A stretch of DNA of 42,997 bases from a virus (Duplodnaviria; Heunggongvirae; Uroviricota; Caudoviricetes), in IMG/VR virus record IMGVR_UViG_2563366800_000007. The stretch is one strand, 5' to 3'. Below are positions 16,307-24,236 of the stretch, one piece after another. Under the pieces are notes generated by a model that was given only the letters and a program-made list of their open reading frames with translations, made no database searches and was not told where the DNA came from. Positions within the stretch are counted from its first letter, which is position 1, and the number at the start of each line of letters is the position of its first letter. Made by a program: the position numbers and the translations under genes.

Positions 16307-17206
16307 ATGCCAAATTGGATAGACGTGTTGGGCGAGATGGGTACTATTGCTCAACGTACACCAGCGGATGAGGTTCGCCACAAGTACTTACGAGAGTTGT
16401 CGAAGCATACAGGCCGAAACGTAATTTCATATTACTCAGGCTTCCTCCAGAAGGGGGGGCCTGGGTTGCAGCATTTAATACAAATGTCAGATGACGATAA
16501 AAATGGTCTTATGTCAGCCATTAACGGCTTAGACACGTCATTAGGGCTGGATATCTTGCTTCATACCCCAGGGGGAGATATTGCAGCATTGGAATCTATT
16601 GGTCATTATCTTCGTTCAAAATTTGGGACCAATATCCGGGCAATTGTTCCTATGATCTCAATGAGTTGTGGGACCATGTTGGCTTGCTGTGCCGAACAGA
16701 TTGTATTGGGCAAACAGTCAAATTTGGGGCCAATTGATCCGCAGCTTGGTGGTTTATCATCTCATGCGATCATAGAAGAGTATGAGCGAGCTAAGAAAGA
16801 GATTTCTGAAAATGCTGCAGCGATCCAATGGTGGCAATTTACTCTTCAAAAGCTAAACCCGACTCTCATTGGTGAATGTGAAAAGGCTATTGTTTGGGCT
16901 AATGAAATAGTACAAAAATGGCTGTGTACTGGTATGTTTGCAGGTCATGCTAACGCTCAAGATAAGGCTAAGCGAATTTGTGATGAGCTAAACAATCATC
17001 ATACAACCTATGCGCATGCTAGACATATTCATCTGGATAAAGCGCAAAGCATTGGTTTGAACATTATGGAGCTGGAGAGCGACCAAACTCTGCAGGATCT
17101 TGTGCTGACTATACATCATTGCTACATGCATTCATTTGGTACGAGTCCTGCTGCGAAAATTATTGAAAATCATAATGGCAGCACGATGATGTGGAATATT
17201 CGCTAA
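16307..17206 (+). CDS. ClpP/crotonase-fold serine peptidase (SDH / S49-like family)
   Basis: 299 aa; LLHTPGGDIAALES resembles the ClpP/SppA oxyanion-hole motif and IVPMISMSCGTMLACCAEQIVLG the nucleophile-serine block; AT-rich; starts 12 bp after the small ORF and ends at a strong terminator. Confidence 0.7.
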   Translation: MPNWIDVLGEMGTIAQRTPADEVRHKYLRELSKHTGRNVISYYSGFLQKGGPGLQHLIQMSDDDKNGLMSAINGLDTSLGLDILLHTPGGDIAALESIGHYLRSKFGTNIRAIVPMISMSCGTMLACCAEQIVLGKQSNLGPIDPQLGGLSSHAIIEEYERAKKEISENAAAIQWWQFTLQKLNPTLIGECEKAIVWANEIVQKWLCTGMFAGHANAQDKAKRICDELNNHHTTYAHARHIHLDKAQSIGLNIMELESDQTLQDLVLTIHHCYMHSFGTSPAAKIIENHNGSTMMWNIR

Positions 17207-17228
17207 ACGATATATCCTCGAATCACAT

Positions 17229-17255
17229 AAGGCCACCTTCGGGTGGCCTTTTTTA
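17229..17255 (+). terminator. Strong rho-independent terminator
   Basis: Perfect 7-bp GC-rich stem ggccacc / ggtggcc with a ttcg loop, followed by TTTTTT. Confidence 0.75.
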
Positions 17256-17300
17256 TTCCCCTCATTCCTGAGAGGACTCACAGCAATAAGAGGGGGCTTA

Positions 17301-17696
17301 ATGTCCGATCCTGTTTCTGGCACTACGGTCGCGGCTGGTGGCCTGATGGGAGCCAGCGTATTTGGTCTTGCAACCGGTATTGATTATGGCGTGGTATTTG
17401 GCGCATTCGCTGGTGCAGTATTTTATGTAGCGACAGCGGCAAATATCACACGAGTACGATTGATTGCTTACTTCATGACGTCATTCATTGTTGGCGTTCT
17501 TGCCGCTGGACTGGTGGGTTCAAAGCTGTCACAGGCTACCGGGTATAGTGACAGACCATTAGACGCACTTGGTGCTGTTGTAGTGGCGGCGATGACAATC
17601 AAAGTGCTCACATTTTTCAACAGTCAGGATTTGGGAAGCCTGTTCAGTATTCTTTCGCGATTCCGTGGAGGAGGGGCCAGCAATGGTAACAAGTGA
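17301..17696 (+). CDS. Holin-like membrane protein
   Basis: 131 aa with several hydrophobic helices (GLMGASVFGLATGIDYGVVFGAFAGAVFYVA..., FIVGVLAAGLVG...); first gene of the lysis cassette with an AGAGGGGG ribosome-binding site. Confidence 0.6.
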   Translation: MSDPVSGTTVAAGGLMGASVFGLATGIDYGVVFGAFAGAVFYVATAANITRVRLIAYFMTSFIVGVLAAGLVGSKLSQATGYSDRPLDALGAVVVAAMTIKVLTFFNSQDLGSLFSILSRFRGGGASNGNK

Positions 17697-17964
17697 TCCG
17701 TCAGCGATGGTGAATGCAGGTATTTGTGCGGTCATCGTCCTTGTCCTGATGTTCTACCAGCGTGAAGGGGCAAGACATCGCCCCGCTATATCATTGCTGG
17801 CGTACTTCGTTGTGCTGGTTTATGCCAGCGTTCCATTCCGATATCTGTTCGGCCTCTACCAGGAGTCACACTGGATGGTGGTCATCGTAAACCTTCTTAT
17901 TTGCGCTGCCGTGTTATGGGCTCGTGGGAATGTGGCGCGTCTCGTTGATACGCTGAGGCATTAA
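17683..17964 (+). CDS. Second holin-like or antiholin membrane protein
   Basis: 93-aa product from the ATG at 17683 (GGAGGAGG upstream) with two or three hydrophobic helices; overlaps the preceding stop. Track ORF begins at 17665. Confidence 0.5.
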   Translation: MVTSDPSAMVNAGICAVIVLVLMFYQREGARHRPAISLLAYFVVLVYASVPFRYLFGLYQESHWMVVIVNLLICAAVLWARGNVARLVDTLRH

Positions 17965-18581
17965 TGAACCAATCACAATTTCAACAGGCGGCTGGTGTAA
18001 GCGCCGGGTTAGCTACGCGCTGGTTTCCGCACATTGACGCGGCAATGAAAGAGTTCGGCATTGTTAAGCCTGAAGACCAGGCAATGTTTATTGCTCAGTC
18101 AGGACATGAATCAGCGGGATTCTCTGCGCTGGTGGAGAGCTTCAACTACACCCCAGCCGCTCTGCTGACCACATTTGGACGCCGCATTACGAACTATCAG
18201 GCATATATGCTTGGGCGTGACAAAGAAAAAGGGCACGTAGCCAATCAGCCAGCCATTGCAAATCTGGTGTACAGCAATCGCCTCGGTAACAAAGCATCAG
18301 GCGATGGGTGGAAATATCGTGGCCGTGGGCTGATTCAGATTACCGGTCTTGATAATTACCGCCGCTGCGGAACGGGATTAAAACTGGATTTAGTCAGTAA
18401 TCCTGAGTTGCTGGAAAAGGATATCAACGCGGCACGTTCAGCTGCATGGTTCTACGCCACCAGCGGATGCCTGAGCTATTCCGGCGATCTGGTTCGCATC
18501 ACCCAGATCATCAATGGTGGACAGAACGGCATTAACGACCGTCGTGCACGCTACGCCAAAGCAAAAGCCGCACTGGTATGA
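17964..18581 (+). CDS. Endolysin, glycoside hydrolase family 19 (chitinase-like)
   Basis: FIAQSGHESAGF ... YRGRGLIQITGLDNY blocks are typical of GH19 phage endolysins; ATGA overlap with the upstream gene. Confidence 0.8.
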   Translation: MNQSQFQQAAGVSAGLATRWFPHIDAAMKEFGIVKPEDQAMFIAQSGHESAGFSALVESFNYTPAALLTTFGRRITNYQAYMLGRDKEKGHVANQPAIANLVYSNRLGNKASGDGWKYRGRGLIQITGLDNYRRCGTGLKLDLVSNPELLEKDINAARSAAWFYATSGCLSYSGDLVRITQIINGGQNGINDRRARYAKAKAALV

Positions 18582-18588
18582 GGTCGCT

Positions 18589-18864
18589 ATGGGACTTGAA
18601 ATGATTATCGGCCTGGCTGTTGCTGTGCTGGCTGCAATTGCAGGTGCTTTTGGTCTGGGTAAATCGCGCGGTACTAACATCGCTGAGACAAAAGCGGACC
18701 AGCAACGCACTGAAGAACGTGCAACAGCTACTGAAGCTGTTGCTGAACGCCGGGTAGAAACAACGAAAGAGGCCAGCAATGTACAGCAGAGTGTTAACCA
18801 TATGCTTGGCGACGATGTTGATCGTGAGCTGCGCAACAACTGGACCCGCCCCGGTAGTCGTTGA
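18589..18864 (+). CDS. i-spanin (Rz-like)
   Basis: N-terminal transmembrane helix (MGLEMIIGLAVAVLAAIAGAFGL) followed by a charged periplasmic region; directly after the endolysin. Start 18589 (track ORF begins at 18514). Confidence 0.65.
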   Translation: MGLEMIIGLAVAVLAAIAGAFGLGKSRGTNIAETKADQQRTEERATATEAVAERRVETTKEASNVQQSVNHMLGDDVDRELRNNWTRPGSR

Positions 18865-19030
18865 TACCGCCTGTGATTGGGTAAAGCCCATCTATCTTAC
18901 TGACCACGATATTGCCGTTATGGATAAGCAGACGAAGCGCGACATCCTAGTGCATAACAAAGCATGGAAGGTGAACTGTAATCCCAAAAAGGTAAAGACG
19001 AGCACTCTAAAATTTGTGGACAAGCCATGA
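18779..19030 (+). CDS. o-spanin (Rz1-like) lipoprotein, overlapping the i-spanin gene in another frame
   Basis: Signal peptide with a lipobox-like LIVSC followed by a Pro-rich stretch; the gene starts inside the i-spanin gene, the classic nested arrangement. Confidence 0.65.
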   Translation: MYSRVLTICLATMLIVSCATTGPAPVVVDTACDWVKPIYLTDHDIAVMDKQTKRDILVHNKAWKVNCNPKKVKTSTLKFVDKP

Positions 19031-19092
19031 AGTACCCGTTATCCTTTCTATAGGATTCCAAAGGAATACCATAGGAAACCAAAGGTAACATT

Positions 19093-19344
19093 ATGGCAAA
19101 AACATATTTCCCCATCGAAGACTCTGTAGAGTTAGTGACAGCATCTAAACCACACCCAAGTAACACGCATTACAAAGTTTCTCGTGGAACTGAAATCTGG
19201 GATGGTGAAAATGTTGAGGTAATCAAAGTTCAGATGGTTTACAACGGCGAAGTGGCCGGAAGAAGAAGCCCTTCATATCCCGTTGGGACTGATGATTATC
19301 AACGTGTCCATTTAGCTATAGAAAAAATCATCAGGTCAAGATAA
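19093..19344 (+). CDS. Hypothetical 83-aa protein (monocistronic moron)
   Basis: ORF followed 8 bp later by a rho-independent terminator; no recognisable motifs. Confidence 0.4.
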   Translation: MAKTYFPIEDSVELVTASKPHPSNTHYKVSRGTEIWDGENVEVIKVQMVYNGEVAGRRSPSYPVGTDDYQRVHLAIEKIIRSR

Positions 19345-19351
19345 AAGCAAA

Positions 19352-19374
19352 AGGTCGCTTAGGCGGCCTTTTTT
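19352..19374 (+). terminator. Rho-independent terminator
   Basis: Stem aggtcgc / gcggcct (one G-U pair) with a ttag loop, followed by TTTTT. Confidence 0.6.
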
Positions 19375-19582
19375 CATCGATAATACATTCACTGGGTTAT
19401 ATCCAATCCCGTGGTTGAGAGGCATGCTGTATTGCTACTCGACTAACTGCATTACAGAAAGCATTCACTGAGTGCCTGCGATAATGCAAATTGACGGACT
19501 CGTCAGAAATCCTTTACAAAACATGATGTTGAATTAAATTGTTGCGTGGGTTAGCTTGAGGTTAGTTCACACAGGAGGTCAT

Positions 19583-19825
19583 ATGTCACAATCAGCGCTT
19601 GCTACTGAATTAGAACTCACTGACGATGAGTTGGATTCCATACCTCTATCACCTGAAGACCTTGAGGAGAATACAGGGCATTCAGGCGATATGGTATATG
19701 AGTACTATTTCTATGTTCCCGATACTACCCCTGAAGATATTCTTAGCAAGAAAGGATGGGAAATAGGTGAGTGTGTTTACTTATCTATTAATGTTTTTGA
19801 TGACCCGGATTCGGAGCAAGAATAG
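19583..19825 (+). CDS. Strongly acidic 80-aa protein (monocistronic moron)
   Basis: AGGAGG Shine-Dalgarno 5 nt upstream of the ATG; about 22 Asp/Glu against 2 Lys by hand count; bracketed by terminators. Track ORF begins at 19556. Confidence 0.45.
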   Translation: MSQSALATELELTDDELDSIPLSPEDLEENTGHSGDMVYEYYFYVPDTTPEDILSKKGWEIGECVYLSINVFDDPDSEQE

Positions 19826-19842
19826 AACGATAAGCATAATGC

Positions 19843-19864
19843 ACCGCCTCCGGGCGGTTTTTTT
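19843..19864 (+). terminator. Rho-independent terminator
   Basis: Stem accgcc / ggcggt with a tccg loop, followed by TTTTTTT. Confidence 0.7.
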
Positions 19865-19886
19865 ATGTCAGTACACTGGAGCGTTT

Positions 19887-20525
19887 ATGGCAACACTCAA
19901 AGACCTTTCTCAGCAATTAAAGAAGGTACAAAAGCAGGTGCCATATGCTACAGCACTAGCTATGACAAAAGTTGTTCGTCAAATAGAAACGGCACAGAAA
20001 ACAGCGTTCGAACGACATCTGGAGAGCCCGACACCGTTTACCGTTAAATCAGTTGGTTCGGTGGCGGCAAGGAAGAACAACCTGACTGCAAAGGTTTTTG
20101 TCCGCGATACCGCGGCTGGTTATCTGGAACCATTCGAGTTAGGTGGAGAGCATAAGCTCAATAGCCAAGCGCTATTGAACCCCAAGAACGTCAAGCTAAA
20201 CAAATACGGCAACATGCCGCGTAATAAGCTCTCACAGCTTAAAGCAAAGGAAAATGTATTCGTAGGTGAGGTTGATGGCGTTAACGCTGTCTGGCAGCGT
20301 AAGAAGCCGATGAAAGCTAAGAAGCGACGGGCCAAACGTTCCGCTAACGGGACGCGAAGACCGAAACGCAAACAGCGTTCTCCAAAGCTTTTGATCCGGT
20401 TTGGTGATGCGCTACCTGTGACTCCAGTGCTGGGGTATATGGATAGGGCCCGTACCATGGCGAACGCACTGCTACCGTCTGCTTTAAATCAGGCGATAGC
20501 AGAAGCCATCAGGACGGCAAAATAA
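19887..20525 (+). CDS. Hypothetical 212-aa protein with a Lys/Arg-rich segment
   Basis: Internal ATG at 19887 with GGAG upstream; contains KKPMKAKKRRAKRSANGTRRPKRKQRSPK, suggesting nucleic-acid binding; no family recognised. Track ORF begins at 19767. Confidence 0.45.
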   Translation: MATLKDLSQQLKKVQKQVPYATALAMTKVVRQIETAQKTAFERHLESPTPFTVKSVGSVAARKNNLTAKVFVRDTAAGYLEPFELGGEHKLNSQALLNPKNVKLNKYGNMPRNKLSQLKAKENVFVGEVDGVNAVWQRKKPMKAKKRRAKRSANGTRRPKRKQRSPKLLIRFGDALPVTPVLGYMDRARTMANALLPSALNQAIAEAIRTAK

Positions 20526-20535
20526 AAGCAGTAAC

Positions 20536-21039
20536 TTATAAGTTAATTTCGCAAGCTTTTATGAAGCTGTTTACTGCAGTTGTCGATCCAGAAACATTGG
20601 CTGACATGGAATGCTGGTTTCCGCCATCCTTTGTTTGCACACCAACTAACACTTTGGATTTCGCCCCCTGAAGCTGCTTAAGCACTGTTTTTAGTTGGTC
20701 CGCGTCATCCGATTGAATCTGGAGGCTCTGAACATTACGTCTTGAAAGGGTAGCATCGAGCTTCACTGCGGTATTCCCGTCGACCTTCATTATCAGGTCC
20801 ATTGGTACCTCTGATAGTGATTCGGTGCTTTTATCCATTTCAACGTATGCCGCCGATAGCTTTTCTTTAGTGCAGTCAAACACAATGGCGCCATTGTCGG
20901 ATGAAACCTCGCCAAGCATCATTGCTTTCTTACCACCAGAGAAAAGGTCATCTTCAGTATTAGTTACCCACTGGGCATGAGCAATTGGTGATGCCAGCAC
21001 TGCGGCTACGAAAGTTATTTTGATTATATTGTTACCCAT
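20536..21039 (-). CDS. Secreted or periplasmic protein of unknown function
   Basis: ATG at 21039 preceded by AAGGAGAA; N-terminal signal peptide MGNNIIKITFVAAVLASPIAHA then QW; two Cys in the mature part; transcribed opposite to the late genes, next to cos. Confidence 0.5.
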   Translation of the reverse strand: MGNNIIKITFVAAVLASPIAHAQWVTNTEDDLFSGGKKAMMLGEVSSDNGAIVFDCTKEKLSAAYVEMDKSTESLSEVPMDLIMKVDGNTAVKLDATLSRRNVQSLQIQSDDADQLKTVLKQLQGAKSKVLVGVQTKDGGNQHSMSANVSGSTTAVNSFIKACEINL

Positions 21040-21130
21040 TACATTCTCCTTGTATTGAATAGGAATAATCATAGTCGGAGCGAATGGTCGAAGCCAATAA
21101 AAAAATGGGTCCTTCCTGAGACTTTTGTAA

Positions 21131-21160
21131 GGTACGGGCATTGCGCGCCGCGGTGTTTTC
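21131..21160. other. cosN-like GC-rich segment (candidate cohesive-end site)
   Basis: tacgggcattgcgcgccgcggtgttttcc resembles the lambda cos region (tacggggcggcgacctcgcgggttttcgc) in layout; about 170 bp upstream of the terminase small-subunit gene. Confidence 0.4.
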
Positions 21161-21183
21161 CTAGCTACAACTTTCAGATTTGT

Positions 21184-21330
21184 GTCCCATGTCCCACCTC
21201 TGGCGATCATTACGGACACCTCGCCAGCTCTGGCTATTCCAGTTTATTCCAGTGGGACATTCTGGTGGGACATGGCAAAAATGTCCCAGGCGAATGTCCC
21301 ACCCCAGAAAATGTCCCAGGTGATGTCCCA
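21184..21330. repeat. Eight copies of GTCCCA / TGGGAC (candidate terminase small-subunit binding sites, cosB-like)
   Basis: Hexamers at about 21184, 21191, 21283, 21296, 21313, 21325 (forward) and 21253, 21266 (reverse), mostly as ATGTCCCA with 12 to 17-bp spacing, ending at the terS start codon. Confidence 0.5.
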
Positions 21331-21899
21331 TGACCACGATGAACCAGAGTCAGTACGCACAACATTCAGGTGTGGATCGCAAAACAATTGGTCGGTGGAT
21401 TAAAGCCGGGCGCTTCATTGTGATGGACGGAGACCTGATTGACGTAGAGGCCAGCGATGCGGCATTGAAGAAAAACCGCGATGGCAAAGACCCGCGCGCC
21501 TCGAACGCGAAGAAAAAGAAAACTCCCGTCGTTAGCGATAACGATGATGACGGTGATGAAATCAATAAAACTGTCCGCCAGATAATGCTCACTGAAGGGG
21601 CAGATCTTTCGAGAGAGGAAGCGGGACGTATCCGCGAGAATTACATGGCCCTGCAGGCAAAGCTGCAGTATGAAAAAGACAGCGGCCAGCTTATTGAGCT
21701 GACAGCAGCCGAGGAGGTTTTATTCAACGCCTTTCGCCAACAGCGTGATGCCTGGCTTAACTGGCCGTCCAGGGTGGCGCCGCTAATGGCTGCTGATCTG
21801 GATGTACCGGCGGACAGGATGACAGAGGTGCTGATTGAACATGTCCACAAACACATCTCAGTCCTCGGAGAGCCAGAGTTTAACCCGGCAGAAGATTGA
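21330..21899 (+). CDS. Terminase small subunit (lambda Nu1-like)
   Basis: N-terminal HTH (QYAQHSGVDRKTIGRWIKAG) as in Nu1; immediately upstream of and overlapping the large-subunit gene; preceded by the repeat array. Confidence 0.75.
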   Translation: MTTMNQSQYAQHSGVDRKTIGRWIKAGRFIVMDGDLIDVEASDAALKKNRDGKDPRASNAKKKKTPVVSDNDDDGDEINKTVRQIMLTEGADLSREEAGRIRENYMALQAKLQYEKDSGQLIELTAAEEVLFNAFRQQRDAWLNWPSRVAPLMAADLDVPADRMTEVLIEHVHKHISVLGEPEFNPAED

Positions 21900-23964
21900 G
21901 CGTCTTGAATTAAGCGTCCGCAAAGGCTGGACACCCCCGCCGCGTATCAGTGTGCCGCAGTGGGCAGATGACTATCGTAAGCTGGCAAAAGAGGCTGGGA
22001 GCACTTCGGGAAACTGGGAAACATCGACGGTAGAAATTGCCCGCGGACCGATGCTTGCCGCGACGGAGTCCGGGGTTCATATCATCACTGTAATGTGCTG
22101 TACCCAGTTGATGAAGACAGCACTGCTGGAAAACCTTTTTGGCTATTTTGCCCACCTCGATCCTTGTCCGATACTGCTGCTGCAGCCGAAAGAAGAAGCC
22201 GCTGAACAGTTTTCGAAAGAGCGTATTAGCCCGCTGGTAAGGGTGACGCCGGTACTGCGTAAAATCATCGGTGATTCGAAACAGAAAAGCTCGAAAGAAA
22301 CCATTCTTTACAAGGCGTTCACTGGCGGATTTCTGGCGCTGGCGGGTGCTGGTAGCCCTGATAACCTTGCGCGTCGTCCGATTCGTGTCCTGCTGGCGGA
22401 TGAAGTGGACAAGTACCCGATAACCCGCGAAGGCGATCCAATTGCGCTGGCCGAAGAGCGTACAGCGACATTTGGCCTGACCTGGCTGTCTGTACGCGCC
22501 TGTTCGCCGACGGTGGAGGATGAGAGCCGCATTGCTGACAGCTACGCCGACTCCGATCAGCGCCGGGCATCTGTGGTTTGCCCGCACTGTGGCCACCGCC
22601 AGTTCCCCGACTTTTTCAAACACGTTCAGTGGCCGAAAGAGGGAGATAAACACCTGACTAAATCGGCGATGCTCTATTGCGAATGCTGTGGTAGTGGCTG
22701 GTCCGAAGGACAGCGCCTCAGAGCTCTGCAAACTATTCGATGGCATCAGACGCGCCCATTTGAGTGCTGCGGGGAGCGGCACTCACCGCTGATGGATTAT
22801 GACCTTGCCTGGCGGGCGGCAGACGAGGGCAGCGTTGAAAAGGTCTGGCAATGGTCAGAGTCGGAACGGCATGCGGTCTATCGCGCAATCTGCCCCTCCT
22901 GTGGAAAGGAGGCAGTCGATAACCACCACGCGGGGTACCAGGCATCCAAGCTTTTCAGCCCCTGGCAAAAAGATAAGCCGTCGGATATTGCGAAAAAATA
23001 TATCGATGCGAAGGGCGATCCGGATAAGGAACAGGCGTGGTGGAATACCCAGATGGGGCTTCCGCACCGACCTAATCATGGGAAACAGCTCCCTGTTGAT
23101 GTTCTGCTGGCGCGCCGGGAAATATTTCCGGCCGTCGTTCCGGACGGGGTGGCATTGTTAACAGCTGGAGTTGATACCCAGGACGATCGCTTCGAAATTA
23201 CGATCACCGGCTGGGGGAGAGATGAAGAATCGTGGTCGGTCGCGCATGACGTTATTTATGGTGACCTTGAGACGGAAGAACCCTGGAAGCGACTGGATGC
23301 ATACCTGAAACAGATCTGGCGACGTGGTGACGGGCGCGGCCTGAATATCATGGCAACGTGCATGGACTCCGGTGGCCACCATACGCAGAAGGTATACGAA
23401 TTCGCCAAAGAGCGTCTTGGCCGTCGTGTCTGGGCAATTAAGGGGGAGTCTGCACAGGGAGGTAAACGCAATCCTGTCTGGCCGACCAAACGACCATCAT
23501 CGAAAAGCAAAGCCAGTTTCCGCCCTGTCATTCTGGGGGTTAACTCAGCGAAAGACGTGATACGCGGTCGCCTGCATCTTGAGCCACCCAAACCTGGCGC
23601 CGCCGCTGCGGGTTATATGCATTTTCCTGACGATCGCGATCTCGGGTACTTCAATCAGCTGCTGGCGGAGCGACTGGTTTACAAAGTCATTTCCGGGCAG
23701 CGGTACAGTATCTGGGAAGCAATACCAGGACGAGCTAACGAAGCGCTTGACTGCCTCGTTTACAGCTATGCCGCGCTGTGCGGTCTCAAACATATGGGGT
23801 TAAAACTCAACGTCCGGGCCGCCAACCTCGAAGCCGATCCGGATAAGTTCCTGCCAGCGCCAGTTGGACAGGAAGAAAAAATCAATTACGAGCTGCCGGG
23901 TGCGGTTATTGAAGAACCAGCGCCGGTCAAACGTAAGCGAATATCGCAACTCCTGCCGAAATAA
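21835..23964 (+). CDS. Terminase large subunit (lambda gpA family)
   Basis: 709 aa; Cys-rich region CPHCGHRQF...CECCGSGW, ATPase and nuclease blocks and a C-terminal ANEALDCLVYSYAAL motif parallel lambda gpA; start overlaps the 3-prime end of terS. Confidence 0.9.
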   Translation: MNMSTNTSQSSESQSLTRQKIERLELSVRKGWTPPPRISVPQWADDYRKLAKEAGSTSGNWETSTVEIARGPMLAATESGVHIITVMCCTQLMKTALLENLFGYFAHLDPCPILLLQPKEEAAEQFSKERISPLVRVTPVLRKIIGDSKQKSSKETILYKAFTGGFLALAGAGSPDNLARRPIRVLLADEVDKYPITREGDPIALAEERTATFGLTWLSVRACSPTVEDESRIADSYADSDQRRASVVCPHCGHRQFPDFFKHVQWPKEGDKHLTKSAMLYCECCGSGWSEGQRLRALQTIRWHQTRPFECCGERHSPLMDYDLAWRAADEGSVEKVWQWSESERHAVYRAICPSCGKEAVDNHHAGYQASKLFSPWQKDKPSDIAKKYIDAKGDPDKEQAWWNTQMGLPHRPNHGKQLPVDVLLARREIFPAVVPDGVALLTAGVDTQDDRFEITITGWGRDEESWSVAHDVIYGDLETEEPWKRLDAYLKQIWRRGDGRGLNIMATCMDSGGHHTQKVYEFAKERLGRRVWAIKGESAQGGKRNPVWPTKRPSSKSKASFRPVILGVNSAKDVIRGRLHLEPPKPGAAAAGYMHFPDDRDLGYFNQLLAERLVYKVISGQRYSIWEAIPGRANEALDCLVYSYAALCGLKHMGLKLNVRAANLEADPDKFLPAPVGQEEKINYELPGAVIEEPAPVKRKRISQLLPK

Positions 23965-23972
23965 GGAAAATC

Positions 23973-24236
23973 ATGTTCAACCGGAACACCAGCCTGCTTG
24001 CCGGCGCAATGACTGACGATCAGCTCAGGGATGCGCTTGCGAAAGCTCAGCAGGCGTACATTGATTTAGCAACCGGGAGCCACGGTGTTTCGTTTTCCTA
24101 TACGCAGGGAGACGGGACGCGATCAGTGTCCTATCAGCAAAGCACCCTGGCTGATCTGCTGGCCCTGATTCAACTTCTGCAGGCGCAACTGGGGATTATC
24201 TCTCGTCCCCGGAAACCAGCGAGGTTTAGATTCTGA
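23973..24236 (+). CDS. Head-tail joining protein (lambda gpW-like)
   Basis: 87 aa; pattern ...AYIDLATGSHGVSFSY...SVSYQQSTLADL...RPRKPARFRF parallels lambda W; sits between terminase and portal. Confidence 0.6.
   Translation: MFNRNTSLLAGAMTDDQLRDALAKAQQAYIDLATGSHGVSFSYTQGDGTRSVSYQQSTLADLLALIQLLQAQLGIISRPRKPARFRF

Noticed and set aside
21184-21330. Possible CRISPR-like array
   Set aside because: The repeats are only 6 to 8 bp, occur in both orientations with irregular 12 to 17-bp spacing and abut a terminase gene; this fits a protein-binding site array, not a CRISPR.
21055-21403. Plus-strand ORFs spanning the cos repeat array
   Set aside because: They run through the non-coding cosN/GTCCCA repeat region and overlap the terS start; no ribosome-binding site.
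21910-22782. 290-aa minus-strand ORF inside the large terminase gene
   Set aside because: Fully antisense to a well-supported conserved gene; Arg/Ala-rich composition typical of GC-rich antisense frames; no ribosome-binding site.
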